Assembly: GCA_015296025.1 (NCBI GenBank)
Contig: DVDZ01000124.1
Span: forward strand, 1-48,459
Direction: 5' to 3'
DNA from: Thermosynechococcus sp. M46_R2017_013
GTDB lineage: Bacteria; Cyanobacteriota; Cyanobacteriia; Thermosynechococcales; Thermosynechococcaceae
DNA: 48,459 nt
Below the pieces are notes generated by a model. It worked only from the letters and a program-made list of their open reading frames with translations, searched no databases and was not told the DNA's origin. Below, one piece after another: positions 11,231 to 22,226 of the stretch; within the stretch, counting starts at the first letter, position 1, and each line of letters opens with the position of its first letter. The translations under genes were made by a program, and so were the position numbers.

Positions 11231-12166
11231 ATGAAACACTTTTTCAAGTCTTTGACGCTGGCGATCGCCCTTGCTACCAGTGTATTTCTCTGGTCACCGC
11301 AAGCACAGGCCTACCCATTCTATGCCCAGCAGGGCTATGACAGTCCCCGCGAAGCCACAGGCCGAATTGTCTGTGCCAACTGTCACTTGGCCGCCAAACC
11401 CATCCAGGTGGAGGTGCCCCAAGCCGTTACCCCCGATTCCGTTTTTGAAGCGGTGGTGAAAATTCCCTATGACACCAGTGTGCAACAGGTGCTAGGGGAT
11501 GGCTCCAAGGGGGGTCTCAATGTCGGGGCAGTGCTCATGCTGCCCGAAGGCTTCAAAATTGCACCCCCCGATCGCCTGTCTGAAGAGTTGCAGGCTAAAA
11601 CCAGCGGTATTTACTACCAACCCTACAGCGAGGACAAGCAAAACATTATCCTAGTAGGTCCCCTACCGGGTGAGCAGTATCAGGAAATTGTTTTCCCTGT
11701 TTTAGCCCCAAACCCCGCTGTTGATCAATCAATTCACTTCGGTAAATACTCTGTCCATGCCGGGGGCAACCGCGGTCGCGGCCAAATCTATCCCAATGGC
11801 GAAAAGAGTAACAACAACGTCTTTACCGCACCAATTGCGGGCACAATTACCCGTCTGGCTGCTAACCCCGATGGCAGTACTGCGGTGGTGATCACCCCCG
11901 AAAGCGGTGAAGCAGTAACAGAAACCATTCCCGCCGGCCCTGAACTCATTGTCAGCGAAGGTCAAACGGTAGCCGCGGGCGAAGCCCTCACTAACAATCC
12001 CAATGTGGGCGGTTTTGGTCAAAAGGATACGGAAATTGTCCTTCAGGATCCGAACCGCATTAAGTGGCTGTTGGTCTTCTTTGCCGCCATTACCCTCTCG
12101 CAGATTCTGCTTGTCTTGAAGAAGAAACAAGTGGAGAAAGTACAAGCCGCCGAGATGAGTTTCTAA
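11231..12166 (+). CDS. petA: Apocytochrome f
   Basis: Signal peptide ending AQA-YPFYAQ, haem site CANCH and C-terminal TM helix followed by KKKQVEKVQ. Confidence 0.97.
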   Translation: MKHFFKSLTLAIALATSVFLWSPQAQAYPFYAQQGYDSPREATGRIVCANCHLAAKPIQVEVPQAVTPDSVFEAVVKIPYDTSVQQVLGDGSKGGLNVGAVLMLPEGFKIAPPDRLSEELQAKTSGIYYQPYSEDKQNIILVGPLPGEQYQEIVFPVLAPNPAVDQSIHFGKYSVHAGGNRGRGQIYPNGEKSNNNVFTAPIAGTITRLAANPDGSTAVVITPESGEAVTETIPAGPELIVSEGQTVAAGEALTNNPNVGGFGQKDTEIVLQDPNRIKWLLVFFAAITLSQILLVLKKKQVEKVQAAEMSF

Positions 12167-12188
12167 AGGAGCAATATCACCAAGGGTA

Positions 12189-13598
12189 GTGCAACACCTC
12201 CATGACACGATTGTGGCGATCGCCACGGCTATTGTGCCCCAACAAGGGAGTATCGGCATTGTCCGTCTCTCAGGAGCCGACGCCGTTGCGATCGCTCAGT
12301 CTTTATTTGAAGCTCCCGGCAAGCAGTCTTGGAAATCCCATCGCATTCTCTATGGCTATGTGCGAGATCCCCAGACGGGGGAACGGGTAGATGAAGCGCT
12401 CCTCCTTTTAATGTTTGCTCCCCGCTCCTACACCCGCGAAGATGTGGTGGAATTTCACTGTCATGGTGGCCTGATCCCTGTACAGCGAGTACTGCAACTT
12501 TGTGTTGCCGCAGGGGCACGTTTAGCAGCGCCGGGGGAATTTACCCTGCGTGCCTTCCTCAACGGTCGCCTTGATCTCACCCAAGCCGAAAGTGTAGCTG
12601 AACTGGTGGCCGCCCAATCCACAACGGCAGCCCAAATTGCTTTAGCGGGTCTTACGGGGAAATTCGCCCGCCCCCTCAAGCATATTCGTCAGACCTGTTT
12701 ATCCCTCTTAGCGGAAATTGAAGCGCGGTTAGATTTTACCGACGAGCTACCCCCCCTTGACCCCCAAGCCACTGCAGCACAAATTCGTGAGTTACAACAC
12801 CAAGTAGAAGGGTTTTTGGCAACCGCAGAACGAGGAGCGCTCATCCGCACCGGGTTAAAGGTAGCGATTGTCGGCCGCCCCAACGTGGGTAAGTCGAGTC
12901 TATTCAATGCTTGGAGCCGTAGCGATCGCGCCATCGTTACAGATTTACCCGGCACCACCCGCGATATTGTGGAATCCCAATTGGTTGTAGGTGGCATTCC
13001 CATCCAAGTGCTCGATACCGCAGGTATTCGCCAGACCGATAACCTTGTTGAACAAATTGGCGTCCAGCGATCGCGCCAAGCCGCAGCCAGTGCCGATCTT
13101 ATCCTTTTTGTCATCGATGCGAGTCAAGGGTGGACAGCTGCCGATCAAGAGATTTACGACCAACTCAATCTCCAACAGCGGCGGCAACAGGCACCTAAGT
13201 CAGTTTTGGTTGTCTTGAACAAAGCTGATCTCCTCCGGGAAACGGGAGATATCAAAGATATTGCATTGCCCATTGCCCCCATTCCCACTGTGCTGCTCTC
13301 TGCCCTTAGCCAAAGGGGAATTGAGCATTTGGAGGACGCCATTTTAGAGCTTGTTCAAGGCCAAGGGGTTACTGCCGCCAATTTAGACTTTGCCATCAAC
13401 CAACGCCAAGCCGCGCTCTTGGAGCAGGTTCACCAATCCCTGAATCACGTGCTTGCGGCCATTGATGCCCAACTGCCCCTCGATTTTTGGACCATTGACC
13501 TTCATGCCGCCGCCCGTGCCCTTGGCACCCTAACTGGGGAGGAGGTGACTGAGTCTGTGTTAGAACAAATCTTTAGCCGTTTTTGCATTGGAAAATAG
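12189..13598 (+). CDS. mnmE: tRNA modification GTPase MnmE/TrmE
   Basis: [31 protein letters not shown] and C-terminal FSRFCIGK. Confidence 0.97.
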   Translation: MQHLHDTIVAIATAIVPQQGSIGIVRLSGADAVAIAQSLFEAPGKQSWKSHRILYGYVRDPQTGERVDEALLLLMFAPRSYTREDVVEFHCHGGLIPVQRVLQLCVAAGARLAAPGEFTLRAFLNGRLDLTQAESVAELVAAQSTTAAQIALAGLTGKFARPLKHIRQTCLSLLAEIEARLDFTDELPPLDPQATAAQIRELQHQVEGFLATAERGALIRTGLKVAIVGRPNVGKSSLFNAWSRSDRAIVTDLPGTTRDIVESQLVVGGIPIQVLDTAGIRQTDNLVEQIGVQRSRQAAASADLILFVIDASQGWTAADQEIYDQLNLQQRRQQAPKSVLVVLNKADLLRETGDIKDIALPIAPIPTVLLSALSQRGIEHLEDAILELVQGQGVTAANLDFAINQRQAALLEQVHQSLNHVLAAIDAQLPLDFWTIDLHAAARALGTLTGEEVTESVLEQIFSRFCIGK

Positions 13599-13601
13599 CC
13601 C

Positions 13602-15338
13602 ATGCTTTGGAATACCAGCTACCGGCTGTTATTTGCCTATATCCTTCCCTATCGGCGACGGTTGCTGGTTGCTTTTTTGTGTACCCTCGGCTACGTCTCG
13701 ACCATGCCGGCGATCGCCTACCTGATTGGCCAAGCGGCCAAGCTCATTGGCGCAGGAGATTTACTCGGCCTCATTCAGTGGTGTGCGGCCTCCTCGCTGC
13801 TGTTTGTCGGTCGTAGTTTTTGCCAATTTGGCCAAGATGTTCTCATGTCCGATATTTCCCTACGGATTGTCTATGACATTCGGGTGCGGCTTTACCGTCA
13901 TCTGCATCGTTTGGGCGTGGACTATTTCGAGAAAGCAGCGACGGGCGATCTCACCTATCGCCTCACTGAGGACGTGGATCGCATTGGCGTCATGATCAAT
14001 AGCAGTTTTCATCGTCTGATCCCCTCGATTTTAACAACATTTGCCGTTATTGGCTATATGTTCTACCTCAACTGGCAATTAACACTGGGAACGATGATCA
14101 TTGCACCGCTGATGACGTTTCTTATTGCTTGGTTTGGCAACCGTTTGCTGCGACAGTCGCGCCTAAGTCAAGCCCGCATTGCCGATTTAGCTTCCCACCT
14201 CACGGAAATTTTTTCTGGAATTCGCCTGATTAGAGCCTTTGCCGCTGAAGACTATGCCGTCGAGCAGTTTGAACAGCAAGCCGATACTAACCGCCGTGCT
14301 CGCTACCGTGCAGAACGCATCAAGTCAATGCAATACCCTGTAGTGGGGTTTCTCGAAGCCCTCAGCATCATGCTCCTGTTTATCTTAGGGGCATGGCAAA
14401 TTAATGTAGGTCATCTCACAGGACCACAGTTCCTGAGCTTTGTTGCCGCAGTGGCACTACTAATAGACCCAATAAATATGATTTCCGCCGATTACAACGA
14501 ACTGAAAATGGCACAGGCCTCGGTGGAGCGCAGCTTTGGCCTGTTGGCTCTAGAGCCCACAATCAAGGAAATCAGCCAGGCGCAGCCCTTACCACCCATT
14601 TCTGGGAAAGTGCAATACCTAGATGTGTGCTTTGGCTATGATCCAGAGCGTCCAGTGCTCAATGACTTTAATCTATTAGCGGAGCCGGGCGAAGTGATTG
14701 CCCTTGTGGGGCATTCAGGGGCAGGTAAATCAACCATTGTTAACCTATTGCCCCGTTTTTATGACCCCCAAGCAGGAAAAGTCTTGATTGATGGTATTGA
14801 TATTAAAACTGTCACCCTTAAAAGCCTACGGCGGCAAATTGGTATCGTTCCCCAAGAAACCATTCTTTTTTCCGGTAGCATTGCCCAAAATATTGCTTTT
14901 GGTTACCCTAAACCAGATTGGGAACGTCTAATTGAGGCCGCCAAAATTGCCAATGCCCACGACTTTATTACTCAGTTTCCTGAGGGGTATCAGACATGGG
15001 TGGGGGAAAGGGGAATCAATCTCTCTGGGGGGCAACGACAACGACTGGCGATCGCCCGCGCGGTTTATGCCGATCCACGCATCTTGATTTTGGATGAAGC
15101 CACCTCTGCTTTGGATGCTGAATCGGAAGCCTTGGTGCAGAGTGCCTTGGAGAAAGCAATGAAAGGGCGCACTGTCTTTATTATTGCCCACCGTTTGGCG
15201 ACGGTTCGTCGCGCCGATCGCATTCTTGTCCTAGAGCAGGGGCGGATCATTGAAAGTGGTACTCACCAAGAACTCCTAGCTCAGTCTGCCCGCTATGCCC
15301 AGTTTTACACGCAGCAGTATTTTCAAGATGCGGAATGA
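13602..15338 (+). CDS. ABC exporter, fused permease/ATPase (MsbA-like)
   Basis: N-terminal TM domain, Walker A GHSGAGKS, LSGGQRQR, ILILDEATSALD and IAHRL. Confidence 0.92.
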   Translation: MLWNTSYRLLFAYILPYRRRLLVAFLCTLGYVSTMPAIAYLIGQAAKLIGAGDLLGLIQWCAASSLLFVGRSFCQFGQDVLMSDISLRIVYDIRVRLYRHLHRLGVDYFEKAATGDLTYRLTEDVDRIGVMINSSFHRLIPSILTTFAVIGYMFYLNWQLTLGTMIIAPLMTFLIAWFGNRLLRQSRLSQARIADLASHLTEIFSGIRLIRAFAAEDYAVEQFEQQADTNRRARYRAERIKSMQYPVVGFLEALSIMLLFILGAWQINVGHLTGPQFLSFVAAVALLIDPINMISADYNELKMAQASVERSFGLLALEPTIKEISQAQPLPPISGKVQYLDVCFGYDPERPVLNDFNLLAEPGEVIALVGHSGAGKSTIVNLLPRFYDPQAGKVLIDGIDIKTVTLKSLRRQIGIVPQETILFSGSIAQNIAFGYPKPDWERLIEAAKIANAHDFITQFPEGYQTWVGERGINLSGGQRQRLAIARAVYADPRILILDEATSALDAESEALVQSALEKAMKGRTVFIIAHRLATVRRADRILVLEQGRIIESGTHQELLAQSARYAQFYTQQYFQDAE

Positions 15339-15671
15339 CCCTTTATTCTGATGGGCTGGCTGTTTACGTTCTATTTTCTGAATTTGGCATGAGATCTTTC
15401 CTGGATAGCTGGATGTGAAAATAGACCTTGAACTCTTAGATTGGCGAGGACAGCCATAGGTAGCATCGTTTCTGTGCATTCTTTTGGGGAACAGTGATAT
15501 TTTCTGTTTGCGCTACCCGCAGCATCCCTACAGTTTGGTTATCAGGAGTGTTGTGCAGCACTTGTTGGATTAGGGTAGCCTAGGCAGATCAGGAGCGCTG
15601 TTTTGATCCTGCTTAGATGCAACTACAAGTGACGAAGGCTGAGCCACTGCCGTTGAGGAATATTGCCAATA

Positions 15672-15986
15672 ATGAACAATCAAGACACCAGTAGTGGTTC
15701 TGAGAGGGGGCTGAATCCCGCAGATTTACTAGTTTTGACCGATCGCCAGCGATTGCTTTTAACACTGATGAGGCGCCAGCCCAAACCCTTAAGGGTGCCA
15801 GAATTAGCTGAGCAGTTGCAGTGGTCTGCGGCAGAGGTGAGCGCCACTCTAGCAGAGATTTTGCAACTAGGTTACGTAGCAGTTGACAACGACACCTACC
15901 AAGTCAAATTTGGACGGCGTACTCCTTGCGTTCAACCCAAGCGTCAATCGCCCCGAGTTGCGGCGGTTTGGGACAAGTTGGGTTGA
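15672..15986 (+). CDS. Small winged-helix (MarR/ArsR-like) protein
   Basis: 104 aa; HTH/wing pattern [14 protein letters not shown] ... [28 protein letters not shown]; GAGGA upstream. Confidence 0.6.
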   Translation: MNNQDTSSGSERGLNPADLLVLTDRQRLLLTLMRRQPKPLRVPELAEQLQWSAAEVSATLAEILQLGYVAVDNDTYQVKFGRRTPCVQPKRQSPRVAAVWDKLG

Positions 15987-16084
15987 GTTTCATCCACTTC
16001 CTAGATCAACAAATCCTTAATGGTAGAGGCAACCCGTATGGTACTCTTAAATACGCTGAGTTTTACAAAGGAAAATCAGGACGA

Positions 16085-16816
16085 GTGCGCCCAAAAGTTC
16101 TTGCTGGCAACTGGAAAATGCACAAAACCCAACAGGAGGCAGTGGCCTTCCTACAGGAGTTTTTAGGAAAGTTGGTGGATACGCCCGGCGATCGCGAGGT
16201 GGTGCTGTGCGTCCCCTATACCTGTTTGAGTGTATTGTCCAAGAGTCTGCACGGAACGCGGGTAAAACTAGGTGCCCAAAATGTCCACTGGGCAGATCAA
16301 GGGGCATTTACGGGAGAAATTTCGCCACCGATGCTAGTGGAGTTGGGTGTGCGCTACGTGATTGTTGGCCACAGTGAGCGGCGGCAGTATTTTGGTGAAA
16401 CTGATACTACAGTCAATCAACGGCTCAAGGCTGCTCAAAGCCACGGTCTGACCCCCATTCTCTGTGTCGGCGAAACAAAAGCGCAGCGGGATGCCGGGGA
16501 AACAGAAGCCCATATCTTGCAGCAGTTGGCGCTGGACTTGGTGGATGTGGATCAGGCCAATTTGGTAATTGCCTACGAACCCATTTGGGCAATCGGTACC
16601 GGCGATACCTGTGAAGAGGCGGAAGCCAACCGTGTCATTGGTTTAATTCGTAGCAAGTTGCAGAATCCCGATGTTCCCATTCAGTACGGCGGCTCGGTCA
16701 ATGCCACCAACATTGATGCGATCATGGCACAGCCAGAAATTGATGGGGTTCTTGTGGGTGGCGCCAGTTTGCAGCCGGAGAGTTTTGGGCGTATTGTTAA
16801 TTACAAGCCCCTTTGA
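16085..16816 (+). CDS. tpiA: Triosephosphate isomerase
   Basis: GTG start gives [12 protein letters not shown], followed by [22 protein letters not shown] and LVGGASL. Confidence 0.96.
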   Translation: MRPKVLAGNWKMHKTQQEAVAFLQEFLGKLVDTPGDREVVLCVPYTCLSVLSKSLHGTRVKLGAQNVHWADQGAFTGEISPPMLVELGVRYVIVGHSERRQYFGETDTTVNQRLKAAQSHGLTPILCVGETKAQRDAGETEAHILQQLALDLVDVDQANLVIAYEPIWAIGTGDTCEEAEANRVIGLIRSKLQNPDVPIQYGGSVNATNIDAIMAQPEIDGVLVGGASLQPESFGRIVNYKPL

Positions 16817-16940
16817 ATCTCACACTGCGTTCTATCTTGGTGCCCAAGATCGCGCCTGATCCAACAGATAGGGCGCTGCCAACTGGGGGCAAAACCATAT
16901 TATCAACATACAGTCCTTTTCCCAAGGATGGAATGTGCTT

Positions 16941-16976
16941 AAAACAGTCACAACTGCTATGTGACTGTATTTTTTG
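16941..16976 (+). terminator. Perfect 9-bp hairpin with T-tract, probable intrinsic terminator downstream of tpiA
   Basis: ACAGTCACA (16944-16952), loop actgcta, TGTGACTGT (16960-16968), followed by ATTTTTT and preceded by an A-run. Confidence 0.55.
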
Positions 16977-17102
16977 TATTTCCATATTTAAGGAAAGAGC
17001 CACACCCAGTGGTTTATTACAGCTCTTATCGTTTGCTGGGCGATTTCTTCATTTTCTTTTAGGATCGAAGTAAGGCTGAGTAATGCCGCAAGGAGGCCGA
17101 CG

Positions 17103-17699
17103 ATGCGCCAACAACTCTCCAGTACTTTGATAGTTTTAGCTGCTTTTGTTGGTCTCAGCAGAGCTGCTGTGGCACAGCCCATAGCGATCGCCACCTTGAC
17201 AACACCGGAACTTCAGGAGCTACAACGACTGGTACCCCGCAGTGCTGAGGACTACTACAACATAGGGTTAATGCACCAAGGTACTGGTAATCTAGATGCT
17301 GCCATTCAAGCCTTTAGCCAAGCAATCAGACTCAACCCTAGCGCTGATTACTACTTTGCTCGTGGCATGGCCTACTACGACCAAGGGGATATGCAGCGGG
17401 CGATCGCTGACTTTACTACGGCAGTGCGCAACGAGCCACAGTTTATTGCCGCCTACTACAACCGAGGCATGGCCTATCTCGCCCTGCAAAACTATACAGC
17501 GGCGATTGCGGACTTTGATGCTGCCCTAGCACGGGATCCCCAATTTGTTGCCGCCTACTATAGTCGGGGTATGGCCTACTTCGACAGCGGCAATGTGGAA
17601 TTGGCACAACGGGACTATGAGCGTGCTCGCAGTCTCAACCCAACAATGACAGCTCAGTACTATGATCGCGCCCCCCGTCCCCTCACCGGGGGACCTTAG
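17103..17699 (+). CDS. Secreted/periplasmic tetratricopeptide-repeat protein
   Basis: Signal-like N-terminus (AVA-Q), about four TPRs (YYNRGMAY ... AIADF..A) and AGGAGG ribosome-binding site. Confidence 0.88.
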   Translation: MRQQLSSTLIVLAAFVGLSRAAVAQPIAIATLTTPELQELQRLVPRSAEDYYNIGLMHQGTGNLDAAIQAFSQAIRLNPSADYYFARGMAYYDQGDMQRAIADFTTAVRNEPQFIAAYYNRGMAYLALQNYTAAIADFDAALARDPQFVAAYYSRGMAYFDSGNVELAQRDYERARSLNPTMTAQYYDRAPRPLTGGP

Positions 17700-17773
17700 T
17701 ACCTGAAGCCACCAATTACGGCGATAATATGGCGATAATATAATGTGCATGATAAGGATGAGCGATCGCGCCT

Positions 17774-18028
17774 ATGCCCAGAACCCCTTCTGAATTTGCG
17801 GTTCATTTATTTCTGGATGGCGGTCACCGTGAGGAGGTGCGCTTCCCCACTATTCAAGACTTCCAGAAGTGGTACAGCAGTGAATTAGCGGCCAAAGCAA
17901 ATTCCAATGACTTTATTTCCGTCCCCATCAAAAATATTCAAGGGGAATACATGGTAGTGCGTCCCTCGAAGGTGTTTGCCATTCGGGTGGAACCTGTGTT
18001 TACCTCTAGTGTGGATCGGTTTGCCTAA
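17774..18028 (+). CDS. Conserved hypothetical small protein
   Basis: 84-aa ORF fills the gap before mltA with a 5-bp spacer and has globular composition. Confidence 0.7.
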   Translation: MPRTPSEFAVHLFLDGGHREEVRFPTIQDFQKWYSSELAAKANSNDFISVPIKNIQGEYMVVRPSKVFAIRVEPVFTSSVDRFA

Positions 18029-18033
18029 AGCCT

Positions 18034-19206
18034 ATGGCGGGTTTATTCACTGGATGGATGCAGGGGGTCGTAATCTTGGCAACAGGCGCGATCGCCACCG
18101 CCCCAACCGTTACTCCCTTAATCCGCCAAAACCAACTCCCGCCGACGGTTGCCCTTGATACAACTCTTTGGGAATCCTCCCGTGAGCGAGCGCGACTTCT
18201 ACAAGCCATTGATCACAGTTTGCGCTACCTGCGCACCGAGAAAGCACGCCGAGACTACGCCGCCTACACCGCTCCCGGCCAGCCAGGGGCAGCCCTAGGG
18301 GTCAATTTGCATCAGCGGGTGATTCGCTCCCTGGAACGCTTTCGCCATTTGGTACAAATCCATCGCTCTGCGGTAGAACTGCAAACAGCAGTCAAACGAG
18401 AATTTGTGTTTTACCAGTCCATTGGCGCCGATGGCCAAGGCCGAGTGGATTTTACGGGCTACTATGCACCAACCTATCGAGCCAGCTTAGTGCCCACAGC
18501 AGAATACCGCTACCCCCTTTTTCGGCGTCCTCCCAATTGGGAACAGTGGCGAGAGCCACACCCAACGCGCTTGGAACTGGAAGGCGCAGATGGACAGCAG
18601 TGGCACCAAGGTCCCCTGCGGGGGTTAGAGTTGGTATATTTGCGCGATCGCCTAGAGGCTTTTCTAGTTCACGTCCAAGGATCTGCTGAACTGCAACTGC
18701 CCAATGGTCGCCGCTTTACTGTGGGCTATGCTGCCAAAACCAATCATCCCTACACTAGTATTGGCCAAGAACTCATTCGCGATGGCAAGATTGCCCGCGA
18801 GGAACTGACACTACCGCGGCTTGTGGCCTACTTTAAGGCCAACCCTGCTGAGTTAGATCGCTATTTGCCCCGCAACGCCAGCTTTGTTTTCTTTGAATAC
18901 ACCCAGGGTCGGCCACCCACTGGCAGTCTCTCAATTCCTGTAATTCCAGAGCGTTCGATCGCCACCGATAAGTCCTTGATGCCCCCGGGTGCCTTGGCCG
19001 TGATCAATACCCAGATTCCCCGCAAAGCCCAAGGTCAATGGCAGCAAACCCCTGTCAGCCGTTTTGTTTTGGATCAAGATACAGGGAGTGCCATTCGCGG
19101 GCCAGGGCGTGTGGATATTTTCATGGGCACAGGAGATGTAGCCAAAGCGCGGGCGGGCCTAATTAATACGCCAGGGCAATTGTACTATTTGCTCCTGCGG
19201 GAATAA
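18034..19206 (+). CDS. mltA: Membrane-bound lytic murein transglycosylase A
   Basis: FTGYY.P, YRYPL, VQGS, YTSIG and 3D domain SIATD ... QDTGSAIRGPGRVDIFMG. Confidence 0.92.
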   Translation: MAGLFTGWMQGVVILATGAIATAPTVTPLIRQNQLPPTVALDTTLWESSRERARLLQAIDHSLRYLRTEKARRDYAAYTAPGQPGAALGVNLHQRVIRSLERFRHLVQIHRSAVELQTAVKREFVFYQSIGADGQGRVDFTGYYAPTYRASLVPTAEYRYPLFRRPPNWEQWREPHPTRLELEGADGQQWHQGPLRGLELVYLRDRLEAFLVHVQGSAELQLPNGRRFTVGYAAKTNHPYTSIGQELIRDGKIAREELTLPRLVAYFKANPAELDRYLPRNASFVFFEYTQGRPPTGSLSIPVIPERSIATDKSLMPPGALAVINTQIPRKAQGQWQQTPVSRFVLDQDTGSAIRGPGRVDIFMGTGDVAKARAGLINTPGQLYYLLLRE

Positions 19207-20259
19207 CTCCCTAGGCTGAATTGCCACTTTGATGACTTGGCGTGCCTTCATTCCTTGGAGGACGCTCTCAATCTCCATCAAGGAGGCTTGGCCACTAATG
19301 AGCTGCTCAAAGGGCAGTGTGCCACGGGTAATCCATTGCAGCGCTTGGCGGACAAATGCAGGGGTGTTGTGAAAGACTCCCTTCAGTGTCAATTCTTCAT
19401 AGTGCAAGCGCTCAGTATCCACGCGGATCGCGGTTTGCCGTGGACAGCCGCCAAAGAGGTTAATCGTGGCACCGGGACGACCACAGGCAATTGCGGTTTC
19501 CCAGACAGTTGGAACCCCCGTGGCTTCAATGACAATGTCAGCCCCTCGGCCTGCGGTCCACTCTTTGACTACGGCGGGAATATCGCTGCACTGGTGATGA
19601 TTGACGGTTTGCTCGGCCCCAAAAGTACGGGCGATCGCCAGCCGCTGATCAGAACCGCCAAAGGCAAAGACCCGTGCTCTTTGCTGAGCTAAAACACCAA
19701 TGAACATCAGACCAATGGCACCATCCCCAAGGACAACAATTTGCGGTGGACTTGGCCACTGCTCAACCATGGCTGGGTCAAACCCAGAGCGAGCCACACC
19801 GTGAAGTACACAGGCAAGGGGTTCAGTGAGCGCTGCCAAGGCAAAGGAGAGGGATTCGGGAATGGGCAGAAGATTCTGGCGGACAATGCTGGCGGGAATT
19901 TTTAGATATTCGGCAAAGGTGCCATTGTTGAACTCTAGGTGGGGGCAGAGGGAAAAGGCCTGCCGCTGACAGTAGAAACACTGACCACAGGGGGCAGAAT
20001 TATTGGCCACTACGCGATCGCCCAAGCGCCATCCCGTCACCCCCGCTCCTAAGGCCACAATTTCTCCTGCGGCTTCATGGCCAAAGAGAATGGGCGGCGT
20101 TAACATCCGCGCATGTCCTCCCCGCTGCCACACCTTTAAGTCAGTGCCACAGGTAGTTGCTGCCCGCACCCGAATCACCACTTCCCCTGGTCCCGGCGTG
20201 GGATCGGCCACAGTTTCAATGCGGACATCTTCTTTGCCGTAGAGTACTGCTGCTTTCAT
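19159..20259 (-). CDS. Zinc-dependent medium-chain dehydrogenase (threonine/sorbitol dehydrogenase-like)
   Basis: CGTD, GHE..G, CGQCFYC...C structural zinc site, EPLAC and GDGAIG. Confidence 0.9.
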   Translation of the reverse strand: MKAAVLYGKEDVRIETVADPTPGPGEVVIRVRAATTCGTDLKVWQRGGHARMLTPPILFGHEAAGEIVALGAGVTGWRLGDRVVANNSAPCGQCFYCQRQAFSLCPHLEFNNGTFAEYLKIPASIVRQNLLPIPESLSFALAALTEPLACVLHGVARSGFDPAMVEQWPSPPQIVVLGDGAIGLMFIGVLAQQRARVFAFGGSDQRLAIARTFGAEQTVNHHQCSDIPAVVKEWTAGRGADIVIEATGVPTVWETAIACGRPGATINLFGGCPRQTAIRVDTERLHYEELTLKGVFHNTPAFVRQALQWITRGTLPFEQLISGQASLMEIESVLQGMKARQVIKVAIQPRELFPQEQIVQLPWRIN

Positions 20260-20278
20260 GGAGATTCCCCGCCAGACT

Positions 20279-21404
20279 TCAGGTCAGCCATTTTAGGAGG
20301 CCACAGAGCACTCCCAAGAGGGCAACCACTCCGTAGAATGTACCCACAACCCGCAGTTCTGACCAACCGCCCAATTCAAAGTGATGGTGTAGGGGAGCCA
20401 TCCGCAGCAGTCGTTTGCCCACACCGTCAGGTCCTTTTGTTGCTTTGTAGTAGAGCACTTGGGCAATCACCGAGAGCGACTCCACAAAAAAAAGACCGCT
20501 GACAATCAACAGTTCCCAAAGGTGATGACTCGCCAAGCCAAGACCCGCAAGGAGCGCCCCAAGAGCCAGGGAACCCGTATCCCCCATAAATACCCGCGCC
20601 GGATGGTGATTGTGCCAGAGAAAGCCAAGGCAGGCACCACTCATGACCGCCGCCAAAATTTGCAAATCGGGGTAGGAAGTCAGAATCATTCCTAGGGCCA
20701 ACAGGGCGATCGCTGTAGTGCCAGCAGCAAGGCCATCTAAACCATCAGTGAGATTTAGGGCATTGCCTTCAGCCATCGGCACAAAAATTGCTAAAGGAAT
20801 AAAACCAATGCCCAGGGGCCAGACCCATCCCCACGGAGCAGTGACAGTGGTTGCTGTAGGATCACTACCCACTAGCCAAGCACAAAAGAGCGCTGCCCCA
20901 ATACCCTCTAGGAGGAGCCGCAGCCGAGCCGATAGTCCTTTATTGGATTTGCGCTGCAGCACTTGCCAGTCGTCCCACCAACCAATGGCAGCATACCAGA
21001 GCACCAAAAGGGCGATCGCCCCCACTGTTACCGATAGTTGCCCTTGAGCGAATCCCGTCCACAGGATCGCCAGACCTAGCCCCGTTGGCACAAAAAAGAT
21101 TCCCCCCCATTGTCGGTGTGCCCGATTTTTTTAGGTGAGATTGCGGGCCATCTTCACGAATCACTTGCCCTGTTTTCAACCGCCGTAGAATAGGCACCAC
21201 AGCCATCCCTAGAACTGCAACGACAGTAAAACCCACCAACCAAGGCACCGTTAAGGTTTGCAACGGCTGCCGCCACTGAGTTGCCCTGGTATCGTAGGCA
21301 AGACTTGCCATGAGCAAGCCAATAGCAAGAAGACCAAACAGTCGCTGTCCTGTAAGCCAACTGGCTTTGACTGTGGCGGTAGTTTTGGGCGAGGACATGG
21401 GCAT
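20279..21404 (-). CDS. mraY: Phospho-N-acetylmuramoyl-pentapeptide transferase (frameshifted as assembled at C7 run 21102-21108)
   Basis: The 5' part reads [23 protein letters not shown]. The 3' part has [21 protein letters not shown] and MAPLHHHFE. Removing one G restores TMGGIFFVP. Confidence 0.92.
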
Positions 21405-21443
21405 CTTCCAGCACGTCACTCCGATAATAGGGGTATCCGTGCG

Positions 21444-21689
21444 CTACTCTTCAAGCCCTAGGTCCTCTTCTTCGTCGTAATCCCCCAAGGAGTCACCAAC
21501 AAACTCCTCAATTTCACCCATATCATCAAGGGCGCTATCTAGAAGGGGGTCTGCCTCATTGCCATCGCGGGCAATCAATCGACCCGTTTGCTGTAACCAT
21601 TCCAAAATGGAGCGCTCCGAGCGCCCCGCAGCCGTTAAGTTCTTTTGGGAAATGGGTTCTTCGTACAAGGAGGGGTTGTATAGGGTCAT
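21444..21689 (-). CDS. DUF3134-family protein
   Basis: YNPSL.EEP ... SILEWLQQTGRLIAR with an acidic tail; located just upstream of mraY. Confidence 0.75.
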   Translation of the reverse strand: MTLYNPSLYEEPISQKNLTAAGRSERSILEWLQQTGRLIARDGNEADPLLDSALDDMGEIEEFVGDSLGDYDEEEDLGLEE

Positions 21690-21866
21690 AGGGTTAGGGT
21701 AACAGTATTGTGATAGTCCAATCTTTAAGTCTAACGTTTGGCTACGGGAATGTAAATCTTCAGCCTGTGGCGATCGCTTAAAGTGGCACATTCCTTGGAA
21801 CCTGCCTATACTAGAGAAGTCACTAAAAAATAGATATTCAACTTTGACACACGAGGGATAAAAAGC

Positions 21867-22190
21867 ATGTCTTTATCAAAGAAATCATCCATCGCCTTTG
21901 CTGTTTTGAGTGCAGTGTCCCTCGGTGGGGGCGCGATCGCGGCTCCTTATCCCCCAGAAGTAGTTTCCCGATTTACGAGTGAATGCACGACTGCCCTGCA
22001 GGAACGGGTACCACAAATGGCACAATACGGTAACGCTTACTGTAGCTGTGTGATCAATGAATTGCAATCGTCACTGACCTTAGCCCAGTTTCAGGCAATC
22101 GGTGAAGATGTCCAGACCAATGTGACCCCAGAAGTGCGGCAGATGCTTACCAAAACAGCACAAACCTGCCTACAACGAGTTACCCAGTAA
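21867..22190 (+). CDS. Small secreted Cys-containing hypothetical protein
   Basis: Signal peptide (AIA-AP), four Cys (C ... CSC ... C), GAGG upstream and a terminator downstream. Confidence 0.72.
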   Translation: MSLSKKSSIAFAVLSAVSLGGGAIAAPYPPEVVSRFTSECTTALQERVPQMAQYGNAYCSCVINELQSSLTLAQFQAIGEDVQTNVTPEVRQMLTKTAQTCLQRVTQ

Positions 22191-22197
22191 GAGTTGA

Positions 22198-22224
22198 GGG
22201 GGGAGCCATTCCCCCCAATTTTTT
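22198..22224 (+). terminator. Intrinsic terminator between convergent genes
   Basis: GGGGGGA-gccat-TCCCCCC followed by AATTTTTT. Confidence 0.65.
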
Positions 22225-22226
22225 GC

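Noticed and set aside
15926-16084. Long N-terminal extensions in the ORF track (tpiA, also globin 24487, roadblock 25119, DUF92 43826, desC 47771, DUF3134 21791)
   Set aside because: Family homology and ribosome-binding sites begin at downstream starts; the extensions are artefacts of first-start calling.
19159-19206. 48-bp convergent overlap of mltA and the zinc dehydrogenase as a regulatory device
   Set aside because: Short tail-to-tail overlaps recur in this compact genome, and nothing else suggests a function.
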